From positions 101,682,001 to 101,746,000 of the forward strand of contig CM052817.1 of the NCBI GenBank assembly GCA_028534125.1: a stretch of DNA of 64,000 nucleotides, read 5' to 3'. Source of the DNA: Lama glama. Taxonomy: Eukaryota. A program made the position numbers and the translations under genes. The notes under the pieces were generated by a model. It was not told the DNA's origin. It saw nothing but the letters and a program-made list of their open reading frames with translations, and ran no database searches. Numbering within the stretch: position 1 is the stretch's first letter; every line of letters starts with the position of its first letter. Of the stretch, positions 38,990 through 51,360 are shown piece after piece.

Positions 38990-40717
38990 ACCAGGCTTCA
39001 AAGATGTAACCAAATGAAAGCTCTTAGAAACGTAAAATTTGAGAACAGAAATAGAAAAGTCCAATGGGAAAGTTGAAGATAAATTACGAAACTCCCTCGG
39101 AGAGAATAACTAAGCTGCCCCTCCCCCAAAGAGATGGAAAAGAAAAAAGAAAATATAAGAAAATTAGAGAATCTGGCCAGGAAACCTCATAACCAAAAAA
39201 CAGGAGTTCCAGACCAAGAGAATAGAGTTGGCTGATGGCAAGACATTTTTAAGAAATGATACAAGAAACTTCCCAAGGATTGAAAGACGTCTGCTTTCAA
39301 ATGAGAATACTCACCAGGGGCCCAGGACAATAAATGAAAAAGGAGCCACATCACATCACATCAGTAGGAAATCTGAAAATTGTGATTCAAGAGGAAAAGC
39401 TGATCCAGAGAGAAAACACGGGTCAAGTGCAAAAGATCCAAACTCGGGAGCCCAGGGAACCTCCGAACACCAGTTCCACGAGTTGCAAGACAGCAGAGTG
39501 AAGTGCTGAAATCCCTGAGCGAAAATTACTTCTATAGACAAACTACCAATCAAGTTTGGAGGCAGAATACAGATATTTACAGACCTGCAAAATTTTAGAA
39601 ACTTCACCTCCTCTCACATACAGACTAAAACTGTCAGCCTGCTGGTGTCTGTTAGTTACTTTGTAAAATATACATGTATTCTTGTTTTGCCATTGTATGC
39701 ACACTGAAAGACAAAGATGTACCATTTCTCTGTTTTATGTTGGATTATATAGGAAATGTTTGTGAACAATTTTACAAAGATGAAAAAAGTTCCTGTGGAT
39801 GTTTTGTGGAGTATCTTGGCATCTGTACTGATAGTTAGAGGTTCACTTCCAAATAAATAAAACTCCCGTAACGCTAGATTTGAACAAGTGTTGATTGACA
39901 CATGTAAAATTTGTTAAAACGTTCCTCTTGTAAGGAAATACTATAATCTCAAATTTTAAAAAACAAAAACCAAAATCTTCATCTCCTGTCTCAAGAGACT
40001 CCACTAAAATAGCAGAATAGATGGAGAAAGAGAAAAACAGTATTTCCAGGAAACTGGGATGCAACCAGGACAGCCCCCTCCAGGTGAAGGGACCCCCCAG
40101 GAGGATGGTGGAGGGGCCTCCAGGATGGGTGTCTGGGCAGCAGGCTGAGGGTGCAGCCAGCCTAGACTGGACCAGGAATGTGATGTTTCACCAAGTGTAT
40201 CTCCAAGAAAAAGATGAAGCCAAGAGATCAGCCGATGTGTTCCAGTGTGTCGAGAAGATAGGAACAATTCCGGCAGAGGGTCAGGGGATGAACAGGGCAC
40301 TGGTACACAGAAAGCTGAGGATGCCAAAACATGAAACTCACAGGAGAGCGGAATGATACAGGGTGCATATGCAGTGCATGGATGTGGGACCCGGCTGAGA
40401 GTGATGGTATGCACTTAGATTCACTAAGAAACTGGTGAATGAAGACTTCGACAACACTTGTGATGTAACTAAACTGAGAGGATGGGAGAAAGGGAGGGAG
40501 TGGGAGTGGGATGGGTGAGAGAGCATAGTTCTCATCATCCATAGCAGAGAATCAATGAAACCACACCAGTGACTAGGAATCGAGGTGCTGTACAACTGTG
40601 TTATTTAAACTAGGGAGTGTGTCACAGAAAAGATGGCTGAAAGTGCTGAAAATTGTTGCCTCTGGGGAGCGGACATCAGGAATGGGGATGGCGAATGCAA
40701 GTGGGGCTGCTGGGGTT

Positions 40718-40749
<32 letters not shown>

Positions 40750-40835
40750 ATTTTCAGTCTTGTAGAATTATTTGACTCTTTAAATTGTGGCTGTACGAAA
40801 TTTTAATATAAACTAACATTAAAAAGAAAAAAATA
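38990..40835 (+). mobile_element. HAL1 / L1 ORF1-like element, fragmented
   Basis: A-rich ORF1-like 5' part. 3' end ttgtagaattatttgactctttaaa followed by an A tail. Confidence 0.55.
40722..40749 (+). repeat. (TG)n microsatellite
   Basis: About 14 TG units. Confidence 0.95.
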
Positions 40836-41059
40836 TTCATAACAAGGAGGTATAATTTTCCCCTAAAAGAATGACAAGGGGAAAAATGCTTTCTCATGCA
40901 ATTCAGGTGTGCCTATATGTGAAGACAGGTTCTCTGGAGAAATCTGGCAAAATTTTAAGTGTTCCTCTATCCTAGTATAGAATATTCTAGGAGTATTCTT
41001 TCAGGACATGAAGAGACAAACACACAAGGAAGGCTGACACAGGTGTTCACATCGTTTTT

Positions 41060-41198
41060 AAAAAAATTTTCCTTTTTTTATTAAGTTCTTTTGGGGGGTA
41101 ATTAGTTGTTTGTTTATTTAGTGGAGGTACTGGGGATTGAACTCAGGACTTCTTGCATGCTAAACATGAGCTCTGCCACTGAGCTATACCCTCCTCCC
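41060..41198 (-). mobile_element. Vic-1-like SINE
   Basis: tRNA-like head with a T-rich tail on the plus strand. Partial TSD tcgtttt. Confidence 0.85.
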
Positions 41199-41649
41199 AT
41201 GTCGTTTTATTTATAGTACTGAGAAATTGTCAACAATCTAGGTGTCCATCGCGGGGGATTCCTTAATGAGTTATGTTATCTCTACACAAAGGAAATCCAT
41301 ATAGATCTTTAAAATGATCGTGCAGAGCCTTATCCATTGACGCAGAGATATTTCCTCAACATATCATTAGGAGAAAAAGGGTCCTCCGTAAACAATTGGC
41401 ATAGATGAGTCTATTCATGTAAATGTATAGTTACACAGAATGAAGGACAGAGCCATCCAGAAGAGAGATCCGTCCAGAACGGTTACTGAAATGTCAACAG
41501 GAATGGTCCATGGGTGATGCTCTATCTTGGGATATTTACTTCTTTTTCACACTTGCCTACATCGAATGTATTCAACGTGAACACACGTCACTTTAAGAAA
41601 TCTGGCCGTCGTGTTTGTCTGCCCACTCCTTATTCCTGCTCCTCATCTA

Positions 41650-42760
41650 GAATTGCCACGAACTTTCCTGCCTATCCGTGCATCATCATCCCAAGCACCC
41701 CTCCTCTCCGCCAGCCAAGTCTCACTTCTGAGCTCTGGATTCCTCTGTCCAAGTGCCTCCGACACATCTCCACCTGGACGGCCCTCAGACACAGGAACTC
41801 AACCCGCTCCAAACTGAACACATGAATTTCCCCCCAAACTGCTCCCATTCTGGTGCCTGCCATCTCACTCATTTGCCCCACATCCCATGCACCCAATTGC
41901 TCAACACAGAAACTGGGGGCACCATAATTGACATAACCCTCCACTTAGACCTTGTTGCCCCTACCTCTAAATACTTTGCAAACCACTTCTTGCCACCTCT
42001 ATGGCCTCTATGCCATCCAGTTTTTTATTCCTTCAACAAGTATTTATTGCCTCCGACCTGTGTGCCAGGCACTGGATAGGGGTGGGCATATGATGGTGAG
42101 TAAGACCGACAAGGTTCTGTTCTCATGAAAGTGTGGACAATAAACAAGTAAACAAACCAATTACCTAATGTAGCAAATTCTAGAAGGAAATAAACACAAT
42201 GTGATAAAGCATAACCAGCGGGGGAGGGGCTGTTACTCTGTAGGTGGGTGGCGGAGGAAGGCGCTCAGAGCTGAGGAGAGATGGAACCAGGCATGCGGTG
42301 CTCCCCTCCGCCCTAGGACCTTGCCTTCGCCTTTTCCCCCTTTCAGACAGCCAGGTTATCATATCAAAAGCCGACTGATCATATTATCCTGCCTCTGCTC
42401 ATAATCCAAGCAGCTGCCCTTGTTAACATGCCTCATCAGGCCGGTGTCCCTTTTCGGCCAGGCTTCCCTTGGCGGCCCCTGCACACACTCTGCCCCAACC
42501 AAGCAGAAACTTCTGTCCCCTGAATGCTTTTCCTGTACCCTGAGCCTCCCTCTGGGTGACCCTGGGCTCACTTCCTCCAGGAAGCCCTTCAGGTTAGGCC
42601 CCTCCATTGGCCCATTGGTTCCTGCCCACTGTTGCCTCACTGCAAGTCACTGATGGTTTATTTCTGTGTCTGAATCTGCAGGTAGGCAGGGCTGGGCCAC
42701 ACCCCACCCCTGAGCTCCCGCCGGCGTGACACACACTCAGGTGATGTATTTGAAGAGCAC
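41650..42760. mobile_element. L2 fragments
   Basis: cacatctccacctgga...ccaaactgaac, ttcaacaagtatttattg...tgtgccaggcactg and cacttcctccaggaagccctt. Confidence 0.65.
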
Positions 42761-42809
42761 CACCCTCCCAGGATAGACCCTCATCATTTCTCACCCCAGT
42801 TGCTCCTTT

Positions 42810-42950
42810 TTTTTCTTTTTTTCCAACCTTTTATTTGGGGGGGGGGAGATGTGGGGGAGGTAAGTAGGTTTATTGATTGATTGATAGAGATCCTGGGGAT
42901 CGAACCCAGGACCCCATACATGCTAAGCACTGCGCTATACCCTCCACCTA
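42810..42950 (-). mobile_element. Vic-1-like SINE with a small internal deletion in the A-box region
   Basis: gatcgaacccaggacc...gctataccctcc. Degenerate TSD ccc(a/g)g(t/c)tgctcc. Confidence 0.8.
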
Positions 42951-44782
42951 TCCCGGCTGCTCCCTTTCACTTTCAACTCCTCCCTCATGACAATCCACTT
43001 GTTAGAAAAATCTTGCTACAAGGGGTGGTAAAACCAGAACAGTAAGTGCAAACTACTGATGTCCCTAAGACACTCGTGAGCCGGAGGAGAGGGTGTTAGG
43101 TTTGGAGCACTGTGTTCAGTGACGTGGAATTTGTGTTAGAGGAGGAGGGCAGAATTCCCGGGCACAGAGGGGAGTGGGGTGTGTGTGACCTCCCCCAAGG
43201 CAGAGAGCAGGTTTGGGGCAGAGGAGGGTCCTCTCGGGGGAAACCAGAGCCTGCAAAGCAGACCTCAGAGAAGCAGATGGGAGGATCCCTGAATCCACAC
43301 TCACCGCTCTCTTGTACTCCAACTTTGAGGAGTCTCAAGAGCACGCCAGGCATGGCTGGCTCAGTAGACCGCAGGGGTGTGTCTGAGCTGGGGGGAGGAG
43401 GATGGATGGGGAATAGGGTGATGGTGTCTGCTACAGAGAGGTCGGAGGGGAGCTGGGCCAACAGTGACCCACGTCATGGAGTTGTCTGCTCATTTGTCCA
43501 CTCATTCATTCTGTCAGTGAATATTTACAGAGGCCCTGCCATTTTCCAGACTGTTTTCAGTGCTGGAACCATTGTAGCTAGCAAAGTAGATGATGCGTCT
43601 GCTCCCCTGGACCTCCCAAGGTGATGGAGGCTCTCAGAGAAACAAACTCACCAACAGACCACTTCAGGTGGCAATGGAGATAAGGAAAATAAAATACGGT
43701 GAGGTTTAGGGTGAGAGAATGATATATAGGTGATCAGTAAGTTTTTATGGGGTGGTTGGAAACTCTCTCTCTTTTCCTTTTTTATCCTCAGCTATTGTAA
43801 AGTCTGGTTTAAACCAGCACTTCTCAAACTTTGATGTGCTGTCACCCAGGGGTCTGGTTGCAATGCAGATTTTAATTCAGTAGGTCTGGGATGGGGACCC
43901 AGAATCTGATTTCTAATTGGCTCCCAGGTGACATCTTGGCTTTTGGTGGTCCTTGGAACACACCACCTTGCCATGGGGGTCTAAGGGAAAAGCTGAGTCC
44001 CTCCTAGGGCGGACTTAACAGAGAGGCCATGCCTCCTGAGGGCAACAGCAAGGCAGTGATGTCAGCCTTAAGGGAGCCGCTAGAGCAGCAGCAGGAGTGA
44101 CTCTGCCAGTCTCCCGCCCCTCCTGGTGTGCAGAGTTCTTCATCCATAATCCTCTTTGGATGATCTGGATTTGAGACCAGCAAGGAAGCCATGGAGTTTC
44201 CTTTTAGGTTTTCCATTTTAGAGAGTAACTTCCAAGTGCACAGTGTGGCCTGCCGCAGCCTTTTACTACAGACCTTCCTGAGCCCTGAATTTCTACCTGA
44301 GTCATAGTGAACACCATGACTATCTTCCCCCTATCCCCATGGTCACCACCCCCCCCAACAGTTTTATTCACTTCCAAGCAATCTGGTACTGTCCTTACCT
44401 CATCTAGAATCCTCATTGGCCCTCACCACCACGTGGTCAGATCTCCCCCAACTTCCAAGGCCTGGCTTAAATGCCACGCCCCCATCAGCCTTGCCCATCC
44501 CCCTTGCCAGGAGCAATCCCTTGCCTCTTAGAAATTCTACAAAGCTTCACTTGGGACAGTCATTTCTTCCTACCCTATAGGAGTTATTTTTGTCCTTGTT
44601 TTACTTTCTTTCCAGGAGGTGAGCTCCCAGAGGAAAGGTCCACCTCTAACTGCATCCCCCCCACCCCAAGCGTAGCACAATTCCTAGTACAAGATCATGG
44701 CGCAAGAATTGTCCTGTCAGTGAAAAATAAATTAATGATTGGGTTTGAAAGCATCACCAGCAGGAGGACGAACGTGGCGAGC

Positions 44783-44960
44783 TCAGTGGTTCTCAAAGTT
44801 CAAGCAGAAGCACCTCCTGGGAGCGAGACAGACTTGCAAACCATCAGGCCCCATCCCAGAGGTGAGGCTTAGAGACCCTGGGGGCAGAGCCCAGCCATCC
44901 ATCTGCGTTTTAACCAACGATCCGAGTGGCTCTGACTCAGGCTCCAGTTTGAGAACCATA
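44783..44960. mobile_element. MER5A-like MITE (a similar copy lies at about 43815-43970)
   Basis: cagtggttctcaaagt ... agtttgagaacca TIRs. Confidence 0.75.
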
Positions 44961-44999
44961 GAGTCCAGCCCGATGTACACCCAATGTCCCTCAGCTGTC

Positions 45000-46100
45000 C
45001 TCCTCTCACGCCCCGGCCTTCATTCACCTGGGCCCCGGGGGCATCCGCCGGGGAGCGCGGAGGAGAGGGGGTGCAGCCAGTACGGAGGGCAGGGAATGAA
45101 TGCACAGGGGTGAGCAGGACAAGCCTCATCCTGGATCGACAGAGCAGGTGGGAAGGAAGAGGACGGAGGAAGGGGAAAAGCAGGGGAAGGGGAGGAGGAA
45201 TGGGAGAGGAAAAAGAAAGAGGGAGAGAGAAATGGAGAGGAGCTCGGCCTCCTAGGGTGAGCGGGGTGAGGCGAAGCAACAGCACCTTCAGAAGGTCATC
45301 TGCCCCCCCCCCCCGATCCCGGGCCGGTTCACACCGGGTGGGGCTGGGGCCTTGGGGACCTATCTGTCCGGCCTCCCAGCCCGGCTGCACGAGCCTCGGA
45401 CCCCGGCCCGGTGTCCCCCACCCCCGCGCACCCGCGCCCCGCGCCCCGCGCAGGGTACCTGCTCGTGCTGGGGGGGCGCCTCCGGCCCCGGCGCCGCCCC
45501 CGCCGCCATGCCTCTGGCGCACCGAGGGTCTCGGAGTCCGCAAGAGGGGGCCTCCCGGGCGCGCCGGCGGCGGGCGGGAACCGGGCCTGGGGCGGCCGAG
45601 CGGGCTCCCCTCCCCAGGCCGTGAGCGCGGTACCGGTACCCGCGCCGGGAGCCTCTCGGCGCGCCCGCCCGGGGTCCTCGCTCGCGCTGTGGCCTCCTCC
45701 AGCGGAAGGACGCTCGTGACCGTCACCATCACTGCTGATGAGACCCTCTGGGTGTCGGGGCCCTCTGCCGGGAAGCCATCCTCACAGCCACCCTCGCTGG
45801 TTAAATGTCCTGCGCTCCGCCCTGTGCGCTGGGCTGGAACCAGCGGCTCTGTTACCAGGTGACAGTGCAGGAGGAGATGTGGGGAGTCGGAAGGGTGAGA
45901 AATGGAGCGGAGAGAGGGGCGAAGATCAGAAAGGTCGTTTTCCCCTTAGCAGTTTCCCTCAGAAGCGTTTATCAGAAGACAGGCGTTTAGGTGGGGGTCC
46001 CGCTGTCGCGGGCGGGCTGGGGGGAACGGAACCTTTGCTGCCTGCCCAGTCGGGTGCCTTTCTCTGCCCTGGCCCCTTCTTACTCCGTGTCTGCAGTCTC
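45000..46100. promoter_or_regulatory. RNF175: CpG island / RNF175 promoter and first exon
   Basis: Very GC-rich and CpG-dense with GC-box-like runs, surrounding the start codon. The surrounding DNA is CpG-depleted. Confidence 0.9.
45459..45509 (-). CDS. RNF175: RNF175 coding exon 1 (MAAGAAPGPEAPPQHEQ)
   Basis: ATG at 45509-45507 in strong context (ggcATGG) inside the CpG island. 51 nt, then donor CAG|GTACCC, phase 0. Resembles the recalled human N-terminus MAAG...EAPPQQEQ. Confidence 0.88.
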
Positions 46101-46869
46101 AGAGACGTGGGACGGCTCCCTGGCAGAGTCCCACTTGGCTCCCGCACAGATGACAAAGGAGAGAAACCCCCCTGTGGGGAGAAGGCAGACCTCTAGGTCC
46201 CCATGCCGCTCCAGGACATGGGCCTTCCCCTGAGAGATCACCCACCGCCTGCCTTGGTCCCCTCCACTTTCTGGGTCCCCACCACCCCCTTGATCTGGGG
46301 CCCAGTCCTGGACTCATGGCTGGGAACAAGCTGGAACACTTTTGCAAGTTTTAGGAATCCTTGGGTGCGAATTCAGGGCGACAGACAGAGAGAGACACAG
46401 GAGACAGTCTGACTTACAAAATAAGGCTTATTCGATTCCAGTTTGTGAATTGTTGTTGTTTTCCAGTATGGTAGGTTGCTCTTCCTTATAGAGGAGCTAC
46501 CAGTGGAGACTGACACACCAGGGCCATGTCCCTGCCATTGTGCAACTTCAAACCTAGCAAGGGGAAGAGACAAATAAACAAGCAGTACAATTTACTGCGA
46601 TAAGTGCTTTTCCAGCCTTGGTGTGCATCAGAACTCCCTGGAGGGGTTACCGAAACTCGAATTGCTGGGCTGGACTCTGGTTTCTGATGGAATAGGTCTG
46701 GGATGGGCCCTGAGAATTTCTTCTCTTCACAAGTTCCCAGGTAGTGCTGTTCTGGCTGCTCACATCGCAGATTGCTCTGTGGTATGGTGATGGAGAGAAT
46801 GTTCCGGATGGAGGCAACAGGGGAGGCAAGGGCCTGGAGGCTGGAGAAAACCAGGAACTGGAGAAACTG

Positions 46870-47115
46870 AAATAGGAGTCACAGCTGGCACTGCTAAAAT
46901 GCTTCCTATGTACCAGGTCCTGTTCCAAGGACTTTTCTGGGTTAGCTCATTCAGTCCTCACAACAACCCAACAAGGTAAGTGATATCTCCATTTTACAGG
47001 GATGACAATGAAACACAGAGAGGGGCAGACGTTTTTCCAAGTTTCAAAGCTACTGGGTGATGCAGTGGGAATTTGAACCTAGAGGAGACTGACCCCACCG
47101 CCTGGGCTCAGAACC
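46870..47115 (-). mobile_element. MIR SINE (other MIR pieces near 17820-17990, 27870-28200, 31470-31630)
   Basis: tcctcacaacaaccc...ccattttacag...aacacagagagg...atttgaacc core. Confidence 0.75.
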
Positions 47116-48251
47116 ACTCAAGAAAGTGGCTGTGAAGGTCAGCAGGGGTCAGATCAAAGTCTGTGCAAATCCTGTTAAAGTGTTTCGACTGTACCCTAAG
47201 GAGTGTGGAAAGTCATTCAAGAGTCATAGGTAAGAAATGACATTTCTGGATTTGCCTTCTGGCTTCAAGGTAGGGTTGGGGTAGGGGGAGGGAGCTCAAC
47301 TATGACCCAATGCAGAGGACTGGCCAGAAGTCTCTTGCAGTAGTTCTAGCTGAAGATGGCAGTGACCCTGGTGGTATAAGTGAGTCTGTGCAGGGATGGG
47401 GTGGAGGGAGGTGGGAGGATGTGGAAGGAGCTGAGCAATTTAGGTGACAGATTCTACAGGGCTTAACTGATCTTCAAGGATGTGCCCAGGTGACATGTTG
47501 CTTGAGCAGCGGGGCATTCAGGCAGACAGTGCTGCCACCTCTGACAATGGAACCCTGGAAGGTGCTGCAGATTTGGAGGGAACAAAGATAATGAGTTTAT
47601 TTGCACATGCTGCCTGGCTTCTGGCCTGTCTTCACGTGGCAAAGGCCACTTTTTCTCTCTGGCCCAGGATGTCCTCAAATTCTGGCTTCTTCTGAATCAG
47701 TCTCTCCTCCCCCTCCAAAAAAAAAAAATCCAGAAGTTTCCTGGTTCATTGACACCGGAAATATCTACAGATGTCATTGGAGACACACATAAACCCAGAG
47801 GTGGTTGGTTTTCTTCCTTCTGGCTTCAGCTCCACAATTAAAAAGTCTATTTCTCATTCTCATGGTAGGTAATGAGAGATTTGCTCTAAGTTATTCTCCT
47901 GTCATACCCAATTCCTTTTGTGACCAAATTCCTGGTGGGTAGAACTGATTCCTTTTTTCCCAGTAAGTTTATACAATTCTGTCTGGAGTCGTTCACCGAA
48001 CCAAAGTTATTTAATTTGCAACTTTGTTTCCCAAATCAAATGGTTGGTGGCTGAGTGTCATAAATGTGGGATGGAGGAACCATTTTCCTGTTATTTAGCT
48101 GTAATCTCTTCAGCATATTAGCCATAGTCTGTGCCCCCTTCTGTCCTCTCTTGGTCTAGAACCTCGAGGTGATAGTAATGATGTAATAGAAGAAATGAGC
48201 TAATGTCAAGAAGGTGCTTGAAAAACAAAATGGCATCAAGACTAGCTAGAC

Positions 48252-48387
48252 TGTGGGGAGGGTATAGCTTAGTTGTAGAGCACGTGCCTGGTATGCACAA
48301 GGTCCTGGGTTCAACCCCCTGTGCCTCCATTAAATCAATCAATCGATCAATGTAATTACCTCCCTCCAAATAATTAAATTTAAAAAA
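48252..48387 (+). mobile_element. Vic-1-like SINE
   Basis: ggggagggtatagcttagttgtagag...ggttcaaccccc. Perfect 14-bp TSD aagactagctagac at 48238-48251 and 48388-48401. Confidence 0.92.
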
Positions 48388-49204
48388 AAGACTAGCTAGA
48401 CAAATATGGTATATGATATGGGAACTGAGAAATAGTTCCATGGGACAAAGCAAAAAGATTCCAAATATTCCTAGTATTTATAGGAAACCAATTTTAGGAG
48501 ATGAAGGGCAAATCCACAGGGAAAGGATGGGCTAGTTAGTAATTAGCTTATCCATCTGAAAAAAAAGTTGCAGCATACCGAGTCAAAGCAGGTGGTTTAA
48601 AAAGCAAAACTTTAAGAAGATGATTTAAAATAATATCTTTATCATCTCAAGAGAGTAAAGATATATATTTCAAAAAAAGAAAAAAGATAGTAAAGATATA
48701 TTAAACAAGACTCAAAGAGAACAAACTATAAAAAAGATTAATAAATTAGTCTATGTTAAAACGTAAAATTTCCATACAACGGAAAGTTACCTAAAAAGAA
48801 GCAAGCCATGGACGAGGAAAATATATTTGCATATGTCTAGCTGTCAGAAAATTAGTGCTCAGAATAAACAGAATTGTTAGAAATAAACTTTAAAAACATC
48901 AAAATCAATAGAAAATGGTCCGGGGATGTAAACTAATCAATCAGAAGAAAAAATTATGAGATGTTTTTGTAATTTAAAGAGAATTAATTATTGTAATTTT
49001 GCATAGAAGACTTCATTTAGAGCGCACGCTTCACAGGGATGCCTTGTATATGTTAAATTACTGAATGCAAAGTGGACCCTTCAGCCTTTCCACCCATTCT
49101 CTGACCACCTCTTAATTCTTCCCCTTTCTCCCAATGAACAACCAAACTGCCTTAGGCTGACAGTGTCACCTAAGGGTTTGATTTTGCAAAAGACCACCAT
49201 ATTC

Positions 49205-51360
49205 TTTTTCAAAAATTAATTAATTAATTTTATTTATTTATTACATTTTTACTGAAGTATAGTGAGCTTACAATGTTGTGTCAATTTCTGGTGTACAGCA
49301 CAATGCTTCAGTCATATAGGAACATACATATATTCGTTTTCATATTCTTTTTCACGAGTTACTACAATATATTGAGTATAGTTCCCTGCGCTATACAGTA
49401 GAAACTTGTTTTTCTATTTTGTATGTATTAGTATCTGCAGATCTTGAACTCCCAATTTCTCCCTTCCCACCACCTTTCCTTGCCTGGTAACCATAAGTTT
49501 GTTTTCTATGTCTATGAGTCTGTTTCTGCTTTGTAAATAAGTTCATTTGTCTTTTTTTTTTTTCCTTTAGATTCCACATATCGTATAGTACTTTTCTTTC
49601 TCTTTCTGGCTCACTTCACTTTGAATGGCATTCTCCAGTCTTATCCATGTTGCTGCAACAGGCATTATTTTATCCTTTTTTATGGTTGAGTAGTATTCTT
49701 TATCCAGTCATCTGTTGATGGACATTTAGTTTGCTTCCATGTCTTGGCTATTGTAAATAGTGCTGCTATGAACATTGGGGTGCATATATTTTTTTTGAAG
49801 TAGAGTTTCCTCCAGATATATACCCAGGAGTGGGATGGCTGGATCACATGGTAAGTCTATTTTTAGTCTTTTGAGGAATCTCCATACTGTTTTCCATAAT
49901 GGCTGTACCAAACTACATTCCCACCAACAGAATAGGAGGGTTCCCTGTTCTCCACACCCTCTTTAGCATCTATCATGTGTGGACTTTTTAATGATGGTCA
50001 TTCTGACTGGTGTGAGGTGATACCTCATTGTAGTTTTGATTTGCATTTCTCTGATAATTAGTGATATTGAGCATTTTTTCATGTGCCTATTGGCCATTTG
50101 TATGTCTTCATTGGGGAATTGCTTGTTTAGGTCTTCTGCCCATTTTTGGACTGGGTTGTTTGTTTTCTTGTTATTAAGTTATATGAGCTGTTTATATATT
50201 TTGGATATTAAGCCCTTGTCAGTCTCATCTTTTGCAAATCTTTTCTCCCATTCCATAGGTTGTTTTTTGTTTGTTTGTTTTGCTCATGGTTTCCTTTACT
50301 TTGCAAAAGCTTATAAGTTTAATTAGGTACCATTTGTTTATTTTTACTTTTATTTCTATTGCTTGGGTAGACTGCCCTAGGAGAACATTGCATTGCTAAG
50401 ACTTATGTCAGATAATGTTTTGCCTATGCTTTCTTCTAAGAGGTTTATAGTGTCTTGTCTTATGTTTAAGTCTTTAAGCCATTTTGAATTTATTTTTGTG
50501 TGTGGTGTGAGGGAGTATTCTAACTACATTGATTTACATGCAGCTGTTCAGTTACTCCAACACCATTTGCTGAAGAGATTGTCTTTGCTCCATTGTATGT
50601 TCTTGCCTCCTTTGTCAAAGATTAATTGATCAAAAGTTTGTGGATTTATTTCTGGGCTCTCTATTCTGTTCCATTGATCCATATGTCTGGTTTTGTACCA
50701 ATGCCATGCTGTTTTGACTACTGTAGCTCTGTAGTATTATTTGAAATCTGAGATGATTATTCCTCCGGCTTCATTCTTTTTCTTCACTAATGCTTTGGCA
50801 ATTCTGAGTCTTTTGTGATTCCATGTAAATTTTAGGATTATTCATATTTATTTATTTTAAATTGCAGTATAATTGGTTTACAATGTTGTGTTAATTTCTG
50901 GTGTACAGCATAGTGATTCAGTTATACATATATATGTATATATATTCCTCTTCATGTTCTTATTCATCATAGGCTATTACAAGATATTGAATATAGTTCC
51001 TTGTGTTATATGGTAGGAACTTGTGTTTATACGTATATATTTATTGTAGTATAGTCAGTTTACAATGCTGTGTCAATTTCTGGTCTACAGCATAATGTTT
51101 CAGTCATACATATACATACATACATTTGTTTTCATATTCTTTTTCATTGTAAGTTACTACAAGATATTGCATATAGTTCCCTGTGCTCTACAAAAGAAAC
51201 TTGTTTATTTATTTTATGTATAGTAGTTAGTATCTGCAAATCTTGAACTCCCAATTTATCCCTTCCCACCCCCTTTCCTCATAACCAGAAGTTTGTTTTC
51301 TACATCTCTGAGTCTGTTTCTGTTTTGTAAATAAGTTCATTTGTTTTGTAAATACGTTTA
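49205..51360 (-). mobile_element. Tandem cluster of three L1 3' ends (about 1.6 kb, 0.18 kb and 0.32 kb)
   Basis: ORF2 C-terminus in ORF 49726..49911 ([13 protein letters not shown]). The 3' UTR signature restarts near 49250, 50860 and 51045. Confidence 0.9.

Noticed and set aside
44869..45862. Long ORFs of 287 aa (-) and 292 aa (+) across the CpG island as independent genes
   Set aside because: Low-complexity Pro/Arg/Gly translations are expected from stop-poor GC-rich DNA, and no domain is recognisable. Only the uORF aspect was kept.
48255..48330. tRNA-Ala genes (this and six similar loci)
   Set aside because: Diverged stems, shared non-tRNA tails and TSDs identify them as SINEs.
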